Below, in pieces: positions 1-10,331 of a DNA stretch of 64,000 nucleotides. The position numbers and the translations under genes are program-made. The DNA lies in contig CABZHV010000001.1 in NCBI GenBank assembly GCA_902525635.1, forward strand, positions 4,640 through 68,639. The letters are read 5' to 3'. Numbering within the stretch: the first letter of the stretch is position 1; each line of letters starts with the position of its first letter. The stretch comes from an uncultured SAR86 cluster bacterium. GTDB taxonomy: Bacteria > Pseudomonadota > Gammaproteobacteria > Magnimaribacterales > D2472. The notes under the pieces are model-generated. The model saw only the letters and a program-made list of their open reading frames with translations. It was not told where the DNA came from and did no database searches.

Positions 1-977
1 TTGTTTTTAGAATCATTTTCTTCGGATTCGATTGTTGATAAATAATCATATATTGATACGGAATCAGGTAATTTATTTCTGTCATTTTCTGCATTAGGAA
101 ACTCTTCAAAAAACCATTGTCTTAATTCTTCAGAAGTAAATACGTAATCAACTAGTCCCCAATTAAAAGCTATTTGAGAAACCTCTGGTTCGCTTAATGC
201 TAATTTCCAAAAGCCATCCCCATATTCTTGCATAGTACCATCTGTTAAATTTCTTCCATTTTCCATTAGGTCTGTCATTTTCTGCCAAAGAGGAGCTGCA
301 AAGTCATTCCATTGAGCTTTATCTTCTTCAGACATATTATTTCTCGTAAATGGTTCTGGTCCTGTTTTCCAATCTCCCGCTATAAAAACATGCTGATTCA
401 GTTTGATATTTTTATATAAATCTTTTACATATTCTCGTTTTCTAGAAAATCCAAATGATGATAATTGGCCATATTTATTTAGAATTATTTCATTGGCTTG
501 AGAGCTAATTAAATAAGCCTGATTTCCATAATTTTCACCATAGGCAATAACTCTCTTACCATTATCTCTTATATTTTTTACCGCATTTGCTATTTCAAAT
601 GCAGATGCATAATACATTCCAAGTTCTGTAACATTTACATAAACTGCACTTAAATTTTCATCAGTTGCGGCATTGTTTAAAACTTCTAATAAGTCATTAA
701 GCTCATGTTGCTTGATATCAGCAGATCCGAGTAGCAATGAATCAAAAGAAGATGCAGAACTAATAGAGTTATCAACAACAACCCCAATTGGCTTGAACCA
801 TAAAATTTTATTTTTTGTATCAATTTTTTCTTCTGGAATAAATGAAGACCCGATACCGCCCAAAATAGCAAATGTAATTACTATTAAAAATATTGCTGTT
901 AATGAGTTAATAAATATTTTTCTTGATAAAGATAGAAATCTGTCAGCTTTTGACCATATTGATTGAACTTTACTCAT
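1..977 (-). CDS. sppA: Signal peptide peptidase SppA (protease IV, long form), 3' end outside the window
   Basis: Not in the ORF track. Manual minus-strand translation from ATG at 977 gives MSKVQSIWSKADRFLSLSRKIFINSLTAIFLIVITFAILGG... (N-terminal TM), with later segments ...LVLEIL-like, AYGENYGNQAYLISSQANEIILN and AGDWKTGPEPFTRNNMSEE typical of SppA. GGAG RBS upstream. Confidence 0.85.
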   Translation of the reverse strand, partial: MSKVQSIWSKADRFLSLSRKIFINSLTAIFLIVITFAILGGIGSSFIPEEKIDTKNKILWFKPIGVVVDNSISSASSFDSLLLGSADIKQHELNDLLEVLNNAATDENLSAVYVNVTELGMYYASAFEIANAVKNIRDNGKRVIAYGENYGNQAYLISSQANEIILNKYGQLSSFGFSRKREYVKDLYKNIKLNQHVFIAGDWKTGPEPFTRNNMSEEDKAQWNDFAAPLWQKMTDLMENGRNLTDGTMQEYGDGFWKLALSEPEVSQIAFNWGLVDYVFTSEELRQWFFEEFPNAENDRNKLPDSVSIYDYLSTIESEENDSKN

Positions 978-1025
978 AGATTACTCCAAAAATAACGATT
1001 TTAATGAAAAGAAATTAATAACATA

Positions 1026-1358
1026 TTATTGCATATTATTAATTATTTTAGGCCCAAACATTATATTAATAAATAACGATATTATTAACAACAACTCCAA
1101 AATATCAAGCCAAAAAGGCTCGGTGCCAAATACTCTCAATGAGGAAAATAAAAAGTAAATAATTAATAGAAAACATAGCCATTGATAAGCTCTTATAAAA
1201 AATTTATTAACAAATACGTAAAATATTAGTAATGGTAACAACCAAAATAAAAATAGAATCAAATCAATTCTCTCAAGAATTACGTTTAAAAGTTTTGTAA
1301 GAAAAAGCGTAATAAAAATAGTATTAGTAACTATTGTGTAATTTTTAATGCTAATCAT
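1026..1358 (-). CDS. Small membrane protein, DUF2069-like
   Basis: Hydrophobic 110-aa ORF with RAYQW motif, directly downstream of wrbA as commonly seen in gammaproteobacteria. Confidence 0.65.
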   Translation of the reverse strand: MISIKNYTIVTNTIFITLFLTKLLNVILERIDLILFLFWLLPLLIFYVFVNKFFIRAYQWLCFLLIIYFLFSSLRVFGTEPFWLDILELLLIISLFINIMFGPKIINNMQ

Positions 1359-1947
1359 TAATCTTGCTGACTAAATTACCAAATCTTATTCCAGTTTTTT
1401 TTGCTATCTCATATTCATCTCTTGTTAATTCACTAGATGAATTATAATTTTCAACATGAGTTGGTCCATAAGGTGTGCCACCTGATTTTGTTCTATTAAG
1501 CTCATCAATAGAATATGGAGTTCCAGTAATTATCATCCCATGATGAAGCATGAAAGTTATTAAACTAAAAAGAGTTGTCTCTTGACCACCATGCATAGAG
1601 CTTGTTGAAGTAAAGACCATGCCAAGTTTATCTTCCAGAGCATTTGTACCCCATAAGTCACCAGTTGAATCAAGGAAGTATTTCAATGGTGATGCGATTG
1701 ATCCGAATCTTGTTGGAGATCCTAAAGCAAGTGCACTGCAGTTTATAAGATCATCCTTGGAGCAATATAACTCACCTGATTCTGGAATTGTTGATTCTAT
1801 TTTTTCAATTTTTGATGTAATTTTTGGAACTGTTCTTATTTTTACATTATGACCTGCATTTTCTGCACCATCTGCGATAGCATGAGCGAGATTTTTTACA
1901 GAGCCTGATGCTGAGTAAAATAAAATTAATAAAAATTTTTTTTCCAT
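1351..1947 (-). CDS. wrbA: NAD(P)H:quinone oxidoreductase WrbA
   Basis: YSASG, GSPTRFG, HGGQE and GGTPYG flavodoxin-like WrbA motifs. Confidence 0.93.
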   Translation of the reverse strand: MEKKFLLILFYSASGSVKNLAHAIADGAENAGHNVKIRTVPKITSKIEKIESTIPESGELYCSKDDLINCSALALGSPTRFGSIASPLKYFLDSTGDLWGTNALEDKLGMVFTSTSSMHGGQETTLFSLITFMLHHGMIITGTPYSIDELNRTKSGGTPYGPTHVENYNSSSELTRDEYEIAKKTGIRFGNLVSKIND

Positions 1948-1974
1948 GTTTATATTTTATGTTTTAACTATAAT

Positions 1975-2436
1975 ATGTTTTTAATGAAGCAAAGAATTAT
2001 ACAACTTTTCTGTATATTGATAATTATTAGTTGTCAAAATAATGACATAGATATTTATAACGGTTCTGATACAAGCATTGATAAACTTAATGGAAATTGG
2101 ATAGTTATCAATTATTGGGCTGATTGGTGCGCACCTTGTATCAAGGAGATTCCTGAACTAAATGAGTTTGCTTCTGAAAATGACGATTTGTTAGTTTACA
2201 CATTTAATTTTGATCAACTTGATGAAGAAGATCTTGTTCCAATTGCTGAAAAATTTAATATACAAGTCCCATCGCTAATTACTCATCCAAGGGATATATG
2301 GGGAATTCAAACTCCTCCAGCAGTTCCTGCTACTTTTTTTATTAACCCGAAAGGTAAGATTGTTCTCTCATTATTTAGACCTCAAACAAAAGATGCTTTG
2401 AATAAAATATTCTCAGAGCTTAAGCAGGCTGGCTAA
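1975..2436 (+). CDS. TlpA-family thiol:disulfide oxidoreductase, lipoprotein
   Basis: NYWADWCAPC..EIP thioredoxin motif; lipobox IISC. Confidence 0.88.
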   Translation: MFLMKQRIIQLFCILIIISCQNNDIDIYNGSDTSIDKLNGNWIVINYWADWCAPCIKEIPELNEFASENDDLLVYTFNFDQLDEEDLVPIAEKFNIQVPSLITHPRDIWGIQTPPAVPATFFINPKGKIVLSLFRPQTKDALNKIFSELKQAG

Positions 2437-3204
2437 AAAGTTTTCATTTATCAGTGATTCTGGATTTATCTTTACTTTGTTTAGATATACCGTCCAATGA
2501 AGATGTGGCCCTGTAACTCTTCCAGTTGAGCCTACTTCACCAATTTTTTGCCCTTTGTTTATTAATTCATTTTCTTTTACTGTTATTTTTGATAAATGGC
2601 TATATGAACTAACAAGGCCAAATCCATGGTCAACTACAATAAAATTACCAGAATAAAAAAAATCTCCAATTAAAATTACAGTACCTTTTGATGGAGAAAT
2701 TATCTTTGTTCCTTCTGCAGCTGCAATATCCAATGCTAAATGAGGTGATCTAGGCTGATCATTAATAAATCTTTTTTTCCCATAACGACTTGAAATTATT
2801 CCTTCAACCGGTTTAATAAAGTTTATATCTGGATTAGATGATTTTGAGAATGTGTAAGCAGCTTTTTGAATCATTTTAGATTCTTTAAGTGTTCTTTCGT
2901 AATCTAATTTACTCAAATTTACCATTGAATCATTTTCAATAGATATTCTAGATTCACCAAAATTTTTTTGGTTGATATTTATTTTTTGTCCATCAATCTC
3001 AATAGAACTATTTTGCTTATCAAAAGGTAGAGGTATAAGTTTATACAATGAACCATCGATTATTATTATTAAATTACTTTCAATGTCATCTGAGGTTGCT
3101 TTCAGAGCAATTATTTCACCAGGATCTCCATATTGTTCAGAACAAATATAATTAAAATTAAAAATTAAACAAAAAAAACTTAAATACTTGATATAACTAT
3201 TCAT
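2413..3204 (-). CDS. M23 family metallopeptidase
   Basis: HxxxD (HLALD) and TGPHLHW motifs; signal peptide. Confidence 0.9.
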   Translation of the reverse strand: MNSYIKYLSFFCLIFNFNYICSEQYGDPGEIIALKATSDDIESNLIIIIDGSLYKLIPLPFDKQNSSIEIDGQKININQKNFGESRISIENDSMVNLSKLDYERTLKESKMIQKAAYTFSKSSNPDINFIKPVEGIISSRYGKKRFINDQPRSPHLALDIAAAEGTKIISPSKGTVILIGDFFYSGNFIVVDHGFGLVSSYSHLSKITVKENELINKGQKIGEVGSTGRVTGPHLHWTVYLNKVKINPESLINENFLASLLKL

Positions 3205-4558
3205 TTTTTGTTACTTCTACTTCAATTGAGCCATGACTAAATCTGGTTTTAAGAGCTTCTCCCTCACTAACCTCTAACGAAGACTTGATAGCTTTGCCAC
3301 TCTTATTAGTAACTATTGAATATCCTCTATCCAGAATTGATAGCGGATTAAGAATTTCAATATTTTTAAATAATTTATCTAAAACATTTTTGTTAAGTGA
3401 AATCTTTTGATTTATATTTCTATTTATATGATCAGACATTATCTTGATTTTATTTTTAATTAAATTAAGTTTTGAAATAGGATTGTTATAACTAATTTGT
3501 GAATCAATTTTTTCAATTTGATTTTTTTTATTCCCAATAATTGTTTTTTGTTGTTGCTGTATCCTTAGATCTAAATTGTCCAAATGTTGATTCTTTTCTC
3601 TTAACACAGCTAATGGACTCTTTAATTTAGATCGATTTAAATTAAGCTTTTGATTTAAATCTTCTACAAATACAGTTGTACTTTTAAATAAGTTTGATTT
3701 TATTTCATCTAATTTATCCAAAATTTTAAAATTAAATTCTGTTACAAGTTCAGCACAAGCAGTTGGAGTGGGAACTCTTATATCACAAACAAAGTCACAG
3801 ATAGTAAAATCAATTTCATGACCAACTCCTGATATTGTTGGAATTTGAAAAGAGAAAATTTCTCTTGCCAATTCTTCATTATTAAAACACCAAAGATCCT
3901 CTATTGATCCTCCACCTCTTGAAAGGATTACCACATCAATTAAGTTGTCAGGATTATTTTCATTAAAAAAAGTTATTCTATTTAAAGCTTTAATAATGCC
4001 TGCATGAGCAGTATCACCTTGAACTATGGTGTTGCTCAATGATACTTGAGAATTTGGAGCTCTTCTTTTAATCGTTGAGACAATATCTTGAAAGGCAGCA
4101 GTTGATGATGATGTTACAATCCCAATATGCTTTGGTGATTTAGGTATACTTGCTTTCTTATCTAAATCAAACAATCCTTCTTCTTCAAGCTTATTTTTTA
4201 ATTTTTCAAACTGTTGCATCAAGTTTCCTGCTCCAGCAGGCTCAATTTTTTTTACTATTAATTGATAATCTCCTCTGGGTGCATAGATGCTAACTTGGCC
4301 TTTAAGTACACACTGATTTCCATTCTCAGGTGAAAAATTTAATTTTATATTTTGATTTCTAAACATCGCACATCTAATTGCTCCGTCTTCATCTTTTAAT
4401 GTAAAGTAAATATGTCCTGAACTTGGCTTTGATAGATTTGATATTTCTCCAACTACCGATACATTACTAAAATTATTTTCTAATAAATACTTTGCAGACT
4501 TATTTAATTCTCCAACTGAGATAATTTCATCATTCTGAACTAAAATGTTATCGGACAT
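3197..4558 (-). CDS. xseA: Exodeoxyribonuclease VII large subunit
   Basis: SGHIYFTLKD, RGGGSIEDLW, GVGHEIDFTI, LDRGY motifs. Confidence 0.97.
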   Translation of the reverse strand: MSDNILVQNDEIISVGELNKSAKYLLENNFSNVSVVGEISNLSKPSSGHIYFTLKDEDGAIRCAMFRNQNIKLNFSPENGNQCVLKGQVSIYAPRGDYQLIVKKIEPAGAGNLMQQFEKLKNKLEEEGLFDLDKKASIPKSPKHIGIVTSSSTAAFQDIVSTIKRRAPNSQVSLSNTIVQGDTAHAGIIKALNRITFFNENNPDNLIDVVILSRGGGSIEDLWCFNNEELAREIFSFQIPTISGVGHEIDFTICDFVCDIRVPTPTACAELVTEFNFKILDKLDEIKSNLFKSTTVFVEDLNQKLNLNRSKLKSPLAVLREKNQHLDNLDLRIQQQQKTIIGNKKNQIEKIDSQISYNNPISKLNLIKNKIKIMSDHINRNINQKISLNKNVLDKLFKNIEILNPLSILDRGYSIVTNKSGKAIKSSLEVSEGEALKTRFSHGSIEVEVTKNE

Positions 4559-4575
4559 GTTTAAATTATAACTTT

Positions 4576-5472
4576 ATGAAAACTAATTTTCATCGGACAA
4601 ATTACTTTCTAATCTTAATGCTCGGAGCTACATTAATTGGATTTGCTCCAATTTTTGTCAAATGGAGCACAATGTCTCCACCAGCTATAACATTTTATAG
4701 AATGCTTTTAACCATCCCCTTTTTATTCATATTGAATTACAAGCTATATAACAAATGTGAATTTGCTGTAAAAAATAAGAAAACAATTTTATATGCTGCA
4801 TTGGCATCTTTATCATTTACAACTGATTTGACCTTGTGGCATTATTCAATAACTATTACATCAGTTTCAAATGCCACCATTATTGTCAATTCTGCTCCTA
4901 TTTTTGTTGCAATACTTGGTTTTTTATTCTTTAAAGATAAACTTACAAAAGGGTTCATATTATCTTTTTTAATAACATATGTAGGAATCATGGGGCTAAT
5001 ATATTATTCAAATAATTATGCTAATGGAAAGATTATTGGTGACATATTATGTTTAGTTGCAGCATTTTTTTATGCCTTATACTTGTTGGTTATAGCAAAA
5101 TTAGGTAGTGAGAATTCTTTAAATATTATTTTTTATACTACTCTTTTTTGTTGCATATTTTCTATAATTCCAATGCTAATCCAAGGTGGAAACATATTTC
5201 CCTCAACTCAATTTGAATGGGCAAACTTATTAATGTTAGCAGTGCTATGTCAGTTTGGTGGCCAGTACTTAATTACTCATGGAATTGGTAACATTTCTCC
5301 TTCGGAGGGTTCAATAGGTTTATTAATGCAACCGATAACTGCAACTATTCTTGCAGCAATTATATTTGATGAAATTTTGAATATTACTCAAATAATTTTT
5401 GTGTTCGTAGCACTACTTGGAATATATTTAGCAAGAATTAATCTTTCAGGAAATCATCAAAAACAAACTTAA
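4576..5472 (+). CDS. DMT/EamA family transporter
   Basis: About 10 hydrophobic segments in two EamA-like repeats, 298 aa. Confidence 0.85.
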   Translation: MKTNFHRTNYFLILMLGATLIGFAPIFVKWSTMSPPAITFYRMLLTIPFLFILNYKLYNKCEFAVKNKKTILYAALASLSFTTDLTLWHYSITITSVSNATIIVNSAPIFVAILGFLFFKDKLTKGFILSFLITYVGIMGLIYYSNNYANGKIIGDILCLVAAFFYALYLLVIAKLGSENSLNIIFYTTLFCCIFSIIPMLIQGGNIFPSTQFEWANLLMLAVLCQFGGQYLITHGIGNISPSEGSIGLLMQPITATILAAIIFDEILNITQIIFVFVALLGIYLARINLSGNHQKQT

Positions 5473-5539
5473 CAGGTTATATTATTTCTTATCCATTGAT
5501 AGTATTATTAGCAACCTTAATTATTTTTTAAGTTGGTTT

Positions 5540-5616
5540 GGGTGATTAGCTCAGTTTGGTAGAGCATCTCGTTTACACCGAGAGGGTCGGCAGTTCGAAC
5601 CTGTCATCACCCACCA
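5540..5616 (+). tRNA. tRNA-Val(TAC)
   Basis: Acceptor GGGTGAT/ATCACCC, anticodon arm TCTCG-TT TAC AC-CGAGA, GTTCGAA T-loop, CCA. Confidence 0.97.
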
Positions 5617-5664
5617 TTTAGGTTGAACTTTTATATATAACATATAATATGCAGCCTAATATGT

Positions 5665-5739
5665 GGTCCGGTAGTTAAACGGTTATAATTCCGCCCTGTC
5701 ACGGCGGCGTTCGGGGTTCGATTCCCCGTCGGACCGCCA
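5665..5739 (+). tRNA. tRNA-Asp(GTC)
   Basis: Acceptor GGTCCGG/TCGGACC, anticodon arm CCGCC-CT GTC AC-GGCGG, CCA. Confidence 0.97.
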
Positions 5740-5752
5740 TTATTTTATAGAA

Positions 5753-6160
5753 ATGAATACTTTGATAATAAGCTTGCTAATACTATGTTACTCATTAGTG
5801 TTAGGTATTATTTTTGCTCAGGTTCTTCTGACGGCACCGGTAGTATTCAAAGTTTTAGACAATCAAAATGCTTCAAATTTTTTAAGAAAAATCTTTCCAA
5901 GATACTATTTATTGCTTTTTTTGATAACAATTTTGGCTTTATTAATTTCATTCTTATTTTTCAATAAATTTGATATATATGTTGCTCTTGTTGCAGTGAG
6001 TTTCTCATTTCTGGGTTACATTATTATCCCATTAACTAATATTGCTAGAGATAATGGTTGGAATAGCCTATTTAAGTGGTTACATAATTTAAGTGTGTTT
6101 AATACCCTGATCATAATGATTGTAGCAATTGTCCAAATATTTAGAGTTACAACCTTATAA
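5753..6160 (+). CDS. Membrane protein, DUF4149/TMEM205-like
   Basis: Four hydrophobic helices; APVVFK...FLRKIFPRYY...FKWLH pattern. Confidence 0.7.
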   Translation: MNTLIISLLILCYSLVLGIIFAQVLLTAPVVFKVLDNQNASNFLRKIFPRYYLLLFLITILALLISFLFFNKFDIYVALVAVSFSFLGYIIIPLTNIARDNGWNSLFKWLHNLSVFNTLIIMIVAIVQIFRVTTL

Positions 6161-6171
6161 GTCTTAAATTT

Positions 6172-7182
6172 ATGAGTATATTGCAAAAAGTGGCTGTTTT
6201 AGGAGGAGGAAGTTTTGGAACAGTTCTTGCAAATCTAGCTGCCTCAAATGGTTACAAAGTTTCATTATGGGTAAGAGATTCTGAACAAGCTTTAAGAATA
6301 AATTCAGAGGGCGCAAATACTTCTTATCATCCAGAGTTAAAGCTTTCTGAAAATATTTTGGCATCAGATGACTTAAACGAGGTTGTAAAGGATGTTTCAA
6401 TTGTTTTTATAGCTACACCAAGTATTATTTTTGAAAAAATTATAAATCGCTTATCAAACTATATTTCTGAAGATGCATTTTTAATATCATGTACTAAAGG
6501 TATTTTAGAAAACCCATTTAGACTTTTATCTGAAGTAATATCTAAAGATTGCAAAAATCCAATTGGAGTCTTAAGTGGACCAAATTTAGCAAAAGAAATA
6601 GCAAATAATAAAATTGCAGGTACGGTAATTGCCAGCTCAAAAAAAGATGTAATTAGTTTAGTAAAGTTAGTTTTGTCTTCAAAAACTTTCAAAATTTATT
6701 CAAGTAATGATATGCAAGGAGTCGAACTTGCTGGAGCTCTAAAAAATATTTATGCACTTATATGTGGAATGGCTGAATCTTTAGATGTAGGTGAAAATGC
6801 AATAGGATTAATTCTCACAAGAAGCATGGCTGAAATGAGCAGGTTTGCTGTTGCAAAAGGAGCAGATCCAGTTACATTCCTTGGTTTGTCAGGTATGGGT
6901 GATCTAGTTGCGACATGTATGTCAAATTTGTCAAGAAATTATCAGTTAGGATTTAATTTAGGTCAAGGGATGAATTTAATTGATGCAAAAAACAAAGTAG
7001 GTCAAGTAGCAGAAGGGATTCAAACTCTCGAGGCAACAAGAAATGAATCAAAAAAGCTTAAAATTAAAATGCCTCTTGTCGAGTCAATGTATAATATATT
7101 AAATGGAAAAGCGTTACCTGAATCATTAATTGAAGATTTAGTTAATAATCCAAGCGAAGTTGATGTAGAATTTACAAATTAA
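6172..7182 (+). CDS. gpsA: NAD(P)H-dependent glycerol-3-phosphate dehydrogenase
   Basis: GGGSFGT, LSGPNLA, GALKNI, GDLVATC..SRN, VAEG motifs. Confidence 0.96.
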   Translation: MSILQKVAVLGGGSFGTVLANLAASNGYKVSLWVRDSEQALRINSEGANTSYHPELKLSENILASDDLNEVVKDVSIVFIATPSIIFEKIINRLSNYISEDAFLISCTKGILENPFRLLSEVISKDCKNPIGVLSGPNLAKEIANNKIAGTVIASSKKDVISLVKLVLSSKTFKIYSSNDMQGVELAGALKNIYALICGMAESLDVGENAIGLILTRSMAEMSRFAVAKGADPVTFLGLSGMGDLVATCMSNLSRNYQLGFNLGQGMNLIDAKNKVGQVAEGIQTLEATRNESKKLKIKMPLVESMYNILNGKALPESLIEDLVNNPSEVDVEFTN

Positions 7183-7185
7183 ATT

Positions 7186-7518
7186 ATGAATGCAATAAAC
7201 AAAGACGAAATTTTAAAATCAAGTAAGTGGATAAGATTTCTTTTTATGGTGGTTTATGCTTTCGCAATTAATTTTGCTTTAACAATTTCAATTGGCTTAG
7301 CATTTGTTCAATTTCTGTTTGTCCTTTTCACTTCTAAGGTGAACATATCTATTGCAAATATTAATGCCTATATTATTGAATTTTTTGATGACTCACTTGC
7401 TTTTTTATTATTTCAAACAGAAGAAAAGCCATTTCCTTTCAAAAATAATACTATTGATGATGAGGTGATTATTGAGGCTGACGAGCTAGTGGAAGGTTCA
7501 AAAAAAGAAGAGAGTTAA
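7186..7518 (+). CDS. DUF4389-family membrane protein
   Basis: WIRFLFM...QFLFVLFT...TEEKPFPF pattern. Confidence 0.75.
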   Translation: MNAINKDEILKSSKWIRFLFMVVYAFAINFALTISIGLAFVQFLFVLFTSKVNISIANINAYIIEFFDDSLAFLLFQTEEKPFPFKNNTIDDEVIIEADELVEGSKKEES

Positions 7519-7519
7519 T

Positions 7520-8356
7520 TCAAATAGTTTTTTCAGCAGACTGAAGTGTTTGTAAAATTAAAGTATTGATAGTCATTGGACCAACACCACCTGGAACAGG
7601 AGTATAAGCGCTAGCAATATTTTCAATATTATCTAAATCAATATCCCCGCATTTTTCAGGATGATATCCAGCATCTATTACGATTGCACCTTTTTTAATC
7701 CATTCAGATTTAATGAATTTAGGGATACCTACAGCACCAACGACCAAATCAGCATTTTTAATAATTGTGTCAATATTCTGTGTTCTTGAATGACAAATTG
7801 TTACTGTTGCATTCATGTTTAATAACATCATAGCCATTGGCTTTCCGAGTATTGGACTTCGACCAACAACAACAGCACTTAGTCCTTGAACATCAAGTTT
7901 ATGATGTTTGATTAACCTAATTATTCCTGCTGGGGTACATGATCCATATGCATCTATGCCCATTGACATATTACCAAAGCCAAGACAGGTAACTCCATCA
8001 ACATCCTTTTTTATATCGATAGCATTGAAACATAATCTTTCATCAATCTGACTCGGCACTGGATGTTGAAGTAAAATTCCATGAACATTTTGATCATTAT
8101 TGAGTGATTGTATAGTGCTTAAAACTTCATCAGTTGATGTGTTTTCAGAAAGTTCAACTGCTATTGACTTCATTCCAACTCTTGCACAAGTATTTCTCTT
8201 CATTTTTACATAAGTCTCTGATGCAGGATCACTTCCTACTAGAATTGTAGCTAAAGTAGGTATGACATTTTTTTTTGAAAGCTCATCAACTTTTTCTTTT
8301 ATGGTATTTTCAGAGATTTTTGAAAACTCTTTACCATCTAAAATTAGTGCTGACAT
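7520..8356 (-). CDS. folD: Bifunctional methylenetetrahydrofolate dehydrogenase/cyclohydrolase
   Basis: [35 protein letters not shown] motifs. Confidence 0.97.
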   Translation of the reverse strand: MSALILDGKEFSKISENTIKEKVDELSKKNVIPTLATILVGSDPASETYVKMKRNTCARVGMKSIAVELSENTSTDEVLSTIQSLNNDQNVHGILLQHPVPSQIDERLCFNAIDIKKDVDGVTCLGFGNMSMGIDAYGSCTPAGIIRLIKHHKLDVQGLSAVVVGRSPILGKPMAMMLLNMNATVTICHSRTQNIDTIIKNADLVVGAVGIPKFIKSEWIKKGAIVIDAGYHPEKCGDIDLDNIENIASAYTPVPGGVGPMTINTLILQTLQSAEKTI

Positions 8357-8435
8357 GTTAGTATTATCACATTAAATAATATATATGCCCATGACGTTTG
8401 CTTATTTATTATATTAACTTTAATATTTGCATCCT

Positions 8436-8512
8436 CGGGGTATAGCGCAGTCTGGTAGCGCACTCGCTTTGGGAGCGAGTGGTCGTAAGTTCGAATCTTA
8501 CTACCCCGACCA
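8436..8512 (+). tRNA. tRNA-Pro(TGG)
   Basis: Acceptor CGGGGTA/TACCCCG, anticodon arm CTCGC-TT TGG GA-GCGAG, CCA. Confidence 0.97.
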
Positions 8513-8513
8513 A

Positions 8514-8590
<77 letters not shown>

Positions 8591-8601
8591 TTTATTTTGA
8601 T

Positions 8602-9538
8602 ATGTATAAAATTGCAGCTTTATATAAATTTTCGATGATTTCAAATTCATCTAAGATTCATAATGAGATTCGTAAAAATTTAAAGAAATTTTTAATTAAA
8701 GGAACAATTCTTGTTAGTAATGAAGGTATTAATGGAACAATTTCATCATCTAAAAAAGATAATTTATACAAAGGTATTCAATATTTAATGAGTATAGATG
8801 GATTAGATGATTTAGACATAAAGTACTCTGAATCATGTAAAAAACCATTTATAAGATTAAAGGTAAAACTAAAAGAAGAAATTGTAACAATTGGAGATAC
8901 TTCTATAGATCCAACAGAATCAGTTGGTAAATATGTTGAACCAAAAGACTGGGATAAATTATTAGAAAACGAAAATACTATATTAATAGATACTAGAAAT
9001 AACTATGAGTATTCTATCGGCACTTTTGAAAATTCAATCAATCCAAAAAACTGATAAATTTAGAGAATTTCCAAAATGGGTTAAAAAACAGGAGTTTTCA
9101 AAGAAAGATAAGGAAACAAAGAATATTGCTATGTTTTGTACTGGAGGCATAAGATGTGAAAAAGCATCCTCCTTTATGATAAATGAGGGCTTTAAGAATG
9201 TTTATCATTTAAAAGGCGGCATCTTAAAATATTTCGAATCAATTTCTTGCCAACAGAGTAAATGGAAAGGAGAATGCTTTGTTTTTGATGAGAGAGTTTC
9301 TCTCAAGAGAGACCTTACTGTAGGTACGTATGATATGTGTCATGGATGCAGAATGCCAATCACTGAATCAGATAAAATGTTAAAAACATTTATTAGAGGT
9401 GTCTCATGTTCAAATTGTTTTGACAAAAAAACTAAAATACAAAAATTACGTTACATGAGTAGACAAAAACAGATAAATTTGGCAAAAGAAAGAAATCAAA
9501 ATCATATAGGCCCAAAAGAAGAATCATTGAATCAATGA
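8602..9538 (+). CDS. trhO: Rhodanese-domain tRNA uridine(34) hydroxylase TrhO/YceA; split by a +1 frameshift at A6 (9045-9050)
   Basis: ORF 8602-9054 has EGINGTI, RLKVKLKEEIVT, DTRNNYE; ORF 9005-9538 has FCTGGIRCEK, HLKGGILKY, GECFVFDER. Removing one A joins them as INPKTDKFREFP. Confidence 0.85.
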
Positions 9539-9539
9539 T

Positions 9540-10181
9540 ATGAGTTATCCAATTCTTTACTCGTTTATTAGATGTCCATACGCCATGAGAGCAAGAATGG
9601 CATTAAAGCTCTGCGATATTAAATGTGAAATAAGAGAAGTAAGGTTAAATAACAAACCTGTTCAAATGATAAAACAATCACCTAAAGGTACAGTTCCAGT
9701 ATTAATACTGAAGAACAAAGTAATTGATGAAAGTAATGAAATAATTGACTGGGCATTAGGTAAAAATAATGTATTTGAAGGAAATCTAGACCAGCTGAAT
9801 ATAGATATTACAAATGATTTAATAAAGCTTTTTGACTCAAAATTTAAATACAATCTTGACAGATACAAGTATTCAAGCAGATATGAGAATGTTGATGTAA
9901 AGAAACATAAGATAGCTTGCTTAGAAATTTTAATTTATTTAGAGAGCTTGATGTCAGACAATAAATGGATTTTAGGTAGTAAGATAAATAAGCTAGATAT
10001 CTCAATTTTACCTTTTATCAGGCAATTCAGAATTGCAGATGCGGAATGGTTTGATAGTCAAAATAAAATTGAAAGAATAAAAAATATTACCCTTAATTTT
10101 CTAGATTCAGAGTTATTTAAAGATGTTATGAATAAGTATGACGTCTGGGAAGAAAATACTAAGCCTATATTTTTCCCTTGA
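9540..10181 (+). CDS. Glutathione S-transferase family protein
   Basis: LYSF.RCPYAMRARMAL, SPKGTVPVL, LDRYKY, PFIRQF. Confidence 0.9.
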   Translation: MSYPILYSFIRCPYAMRARMALKLCDIKCEIREVRLNNKPVQMIKQSPKGTVPVLILKNKVIDESNEIIDWALGKNNVFEGNLDQLNIDITNDLIKLFDSKFKYNLDRYKYSSRYENVDVKKHKIACLEILIYLESLMSDNKWILGSKINKLDISILPFIRQFRIADAEWFDSQNKIERIKNITLNFLDSELFKDVMNKYDVWEENTKPIFFP

Positions 10182-10234
10182 GATTATTTAGAAATAGATA
10201 ATAATTTTATTTAAACTATAATACCGAATCTTGT

Positions 10235-10312
10235 GGCGGGCGTAGCTCAGTTGGTTAGAGCGCTGGATTGTGGCTCCGGAGGCCGTGGGTTCGAACCCCA
10301 TCGCTCGCCCCA
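10235..10312 (+). tRNA. tRNA-His(GTG)
   Basis: G-1, acceptor GCGGGCG/CGCTCGC, C discriminator, anticodon arm CTGGA-TT GTG GC-TCCGG, CCA. Confidence 0.96.
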
Positions 10313-10331
10313 TTTACAAAGGATAATTAAA

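Noticed and set aside
673-966. Plus-strand 97-aa ORF and minus-strand 61-aa ORF
   Set aside because: They are antisense or out-of-frame shadows of sppA.
10233-10331. N-terminal extension of the tig ORF (MAGVAQLVRA...)
   Set aside because: It is read through tRNA-His. The real start is ATG 10332 with an AGGA RBS.
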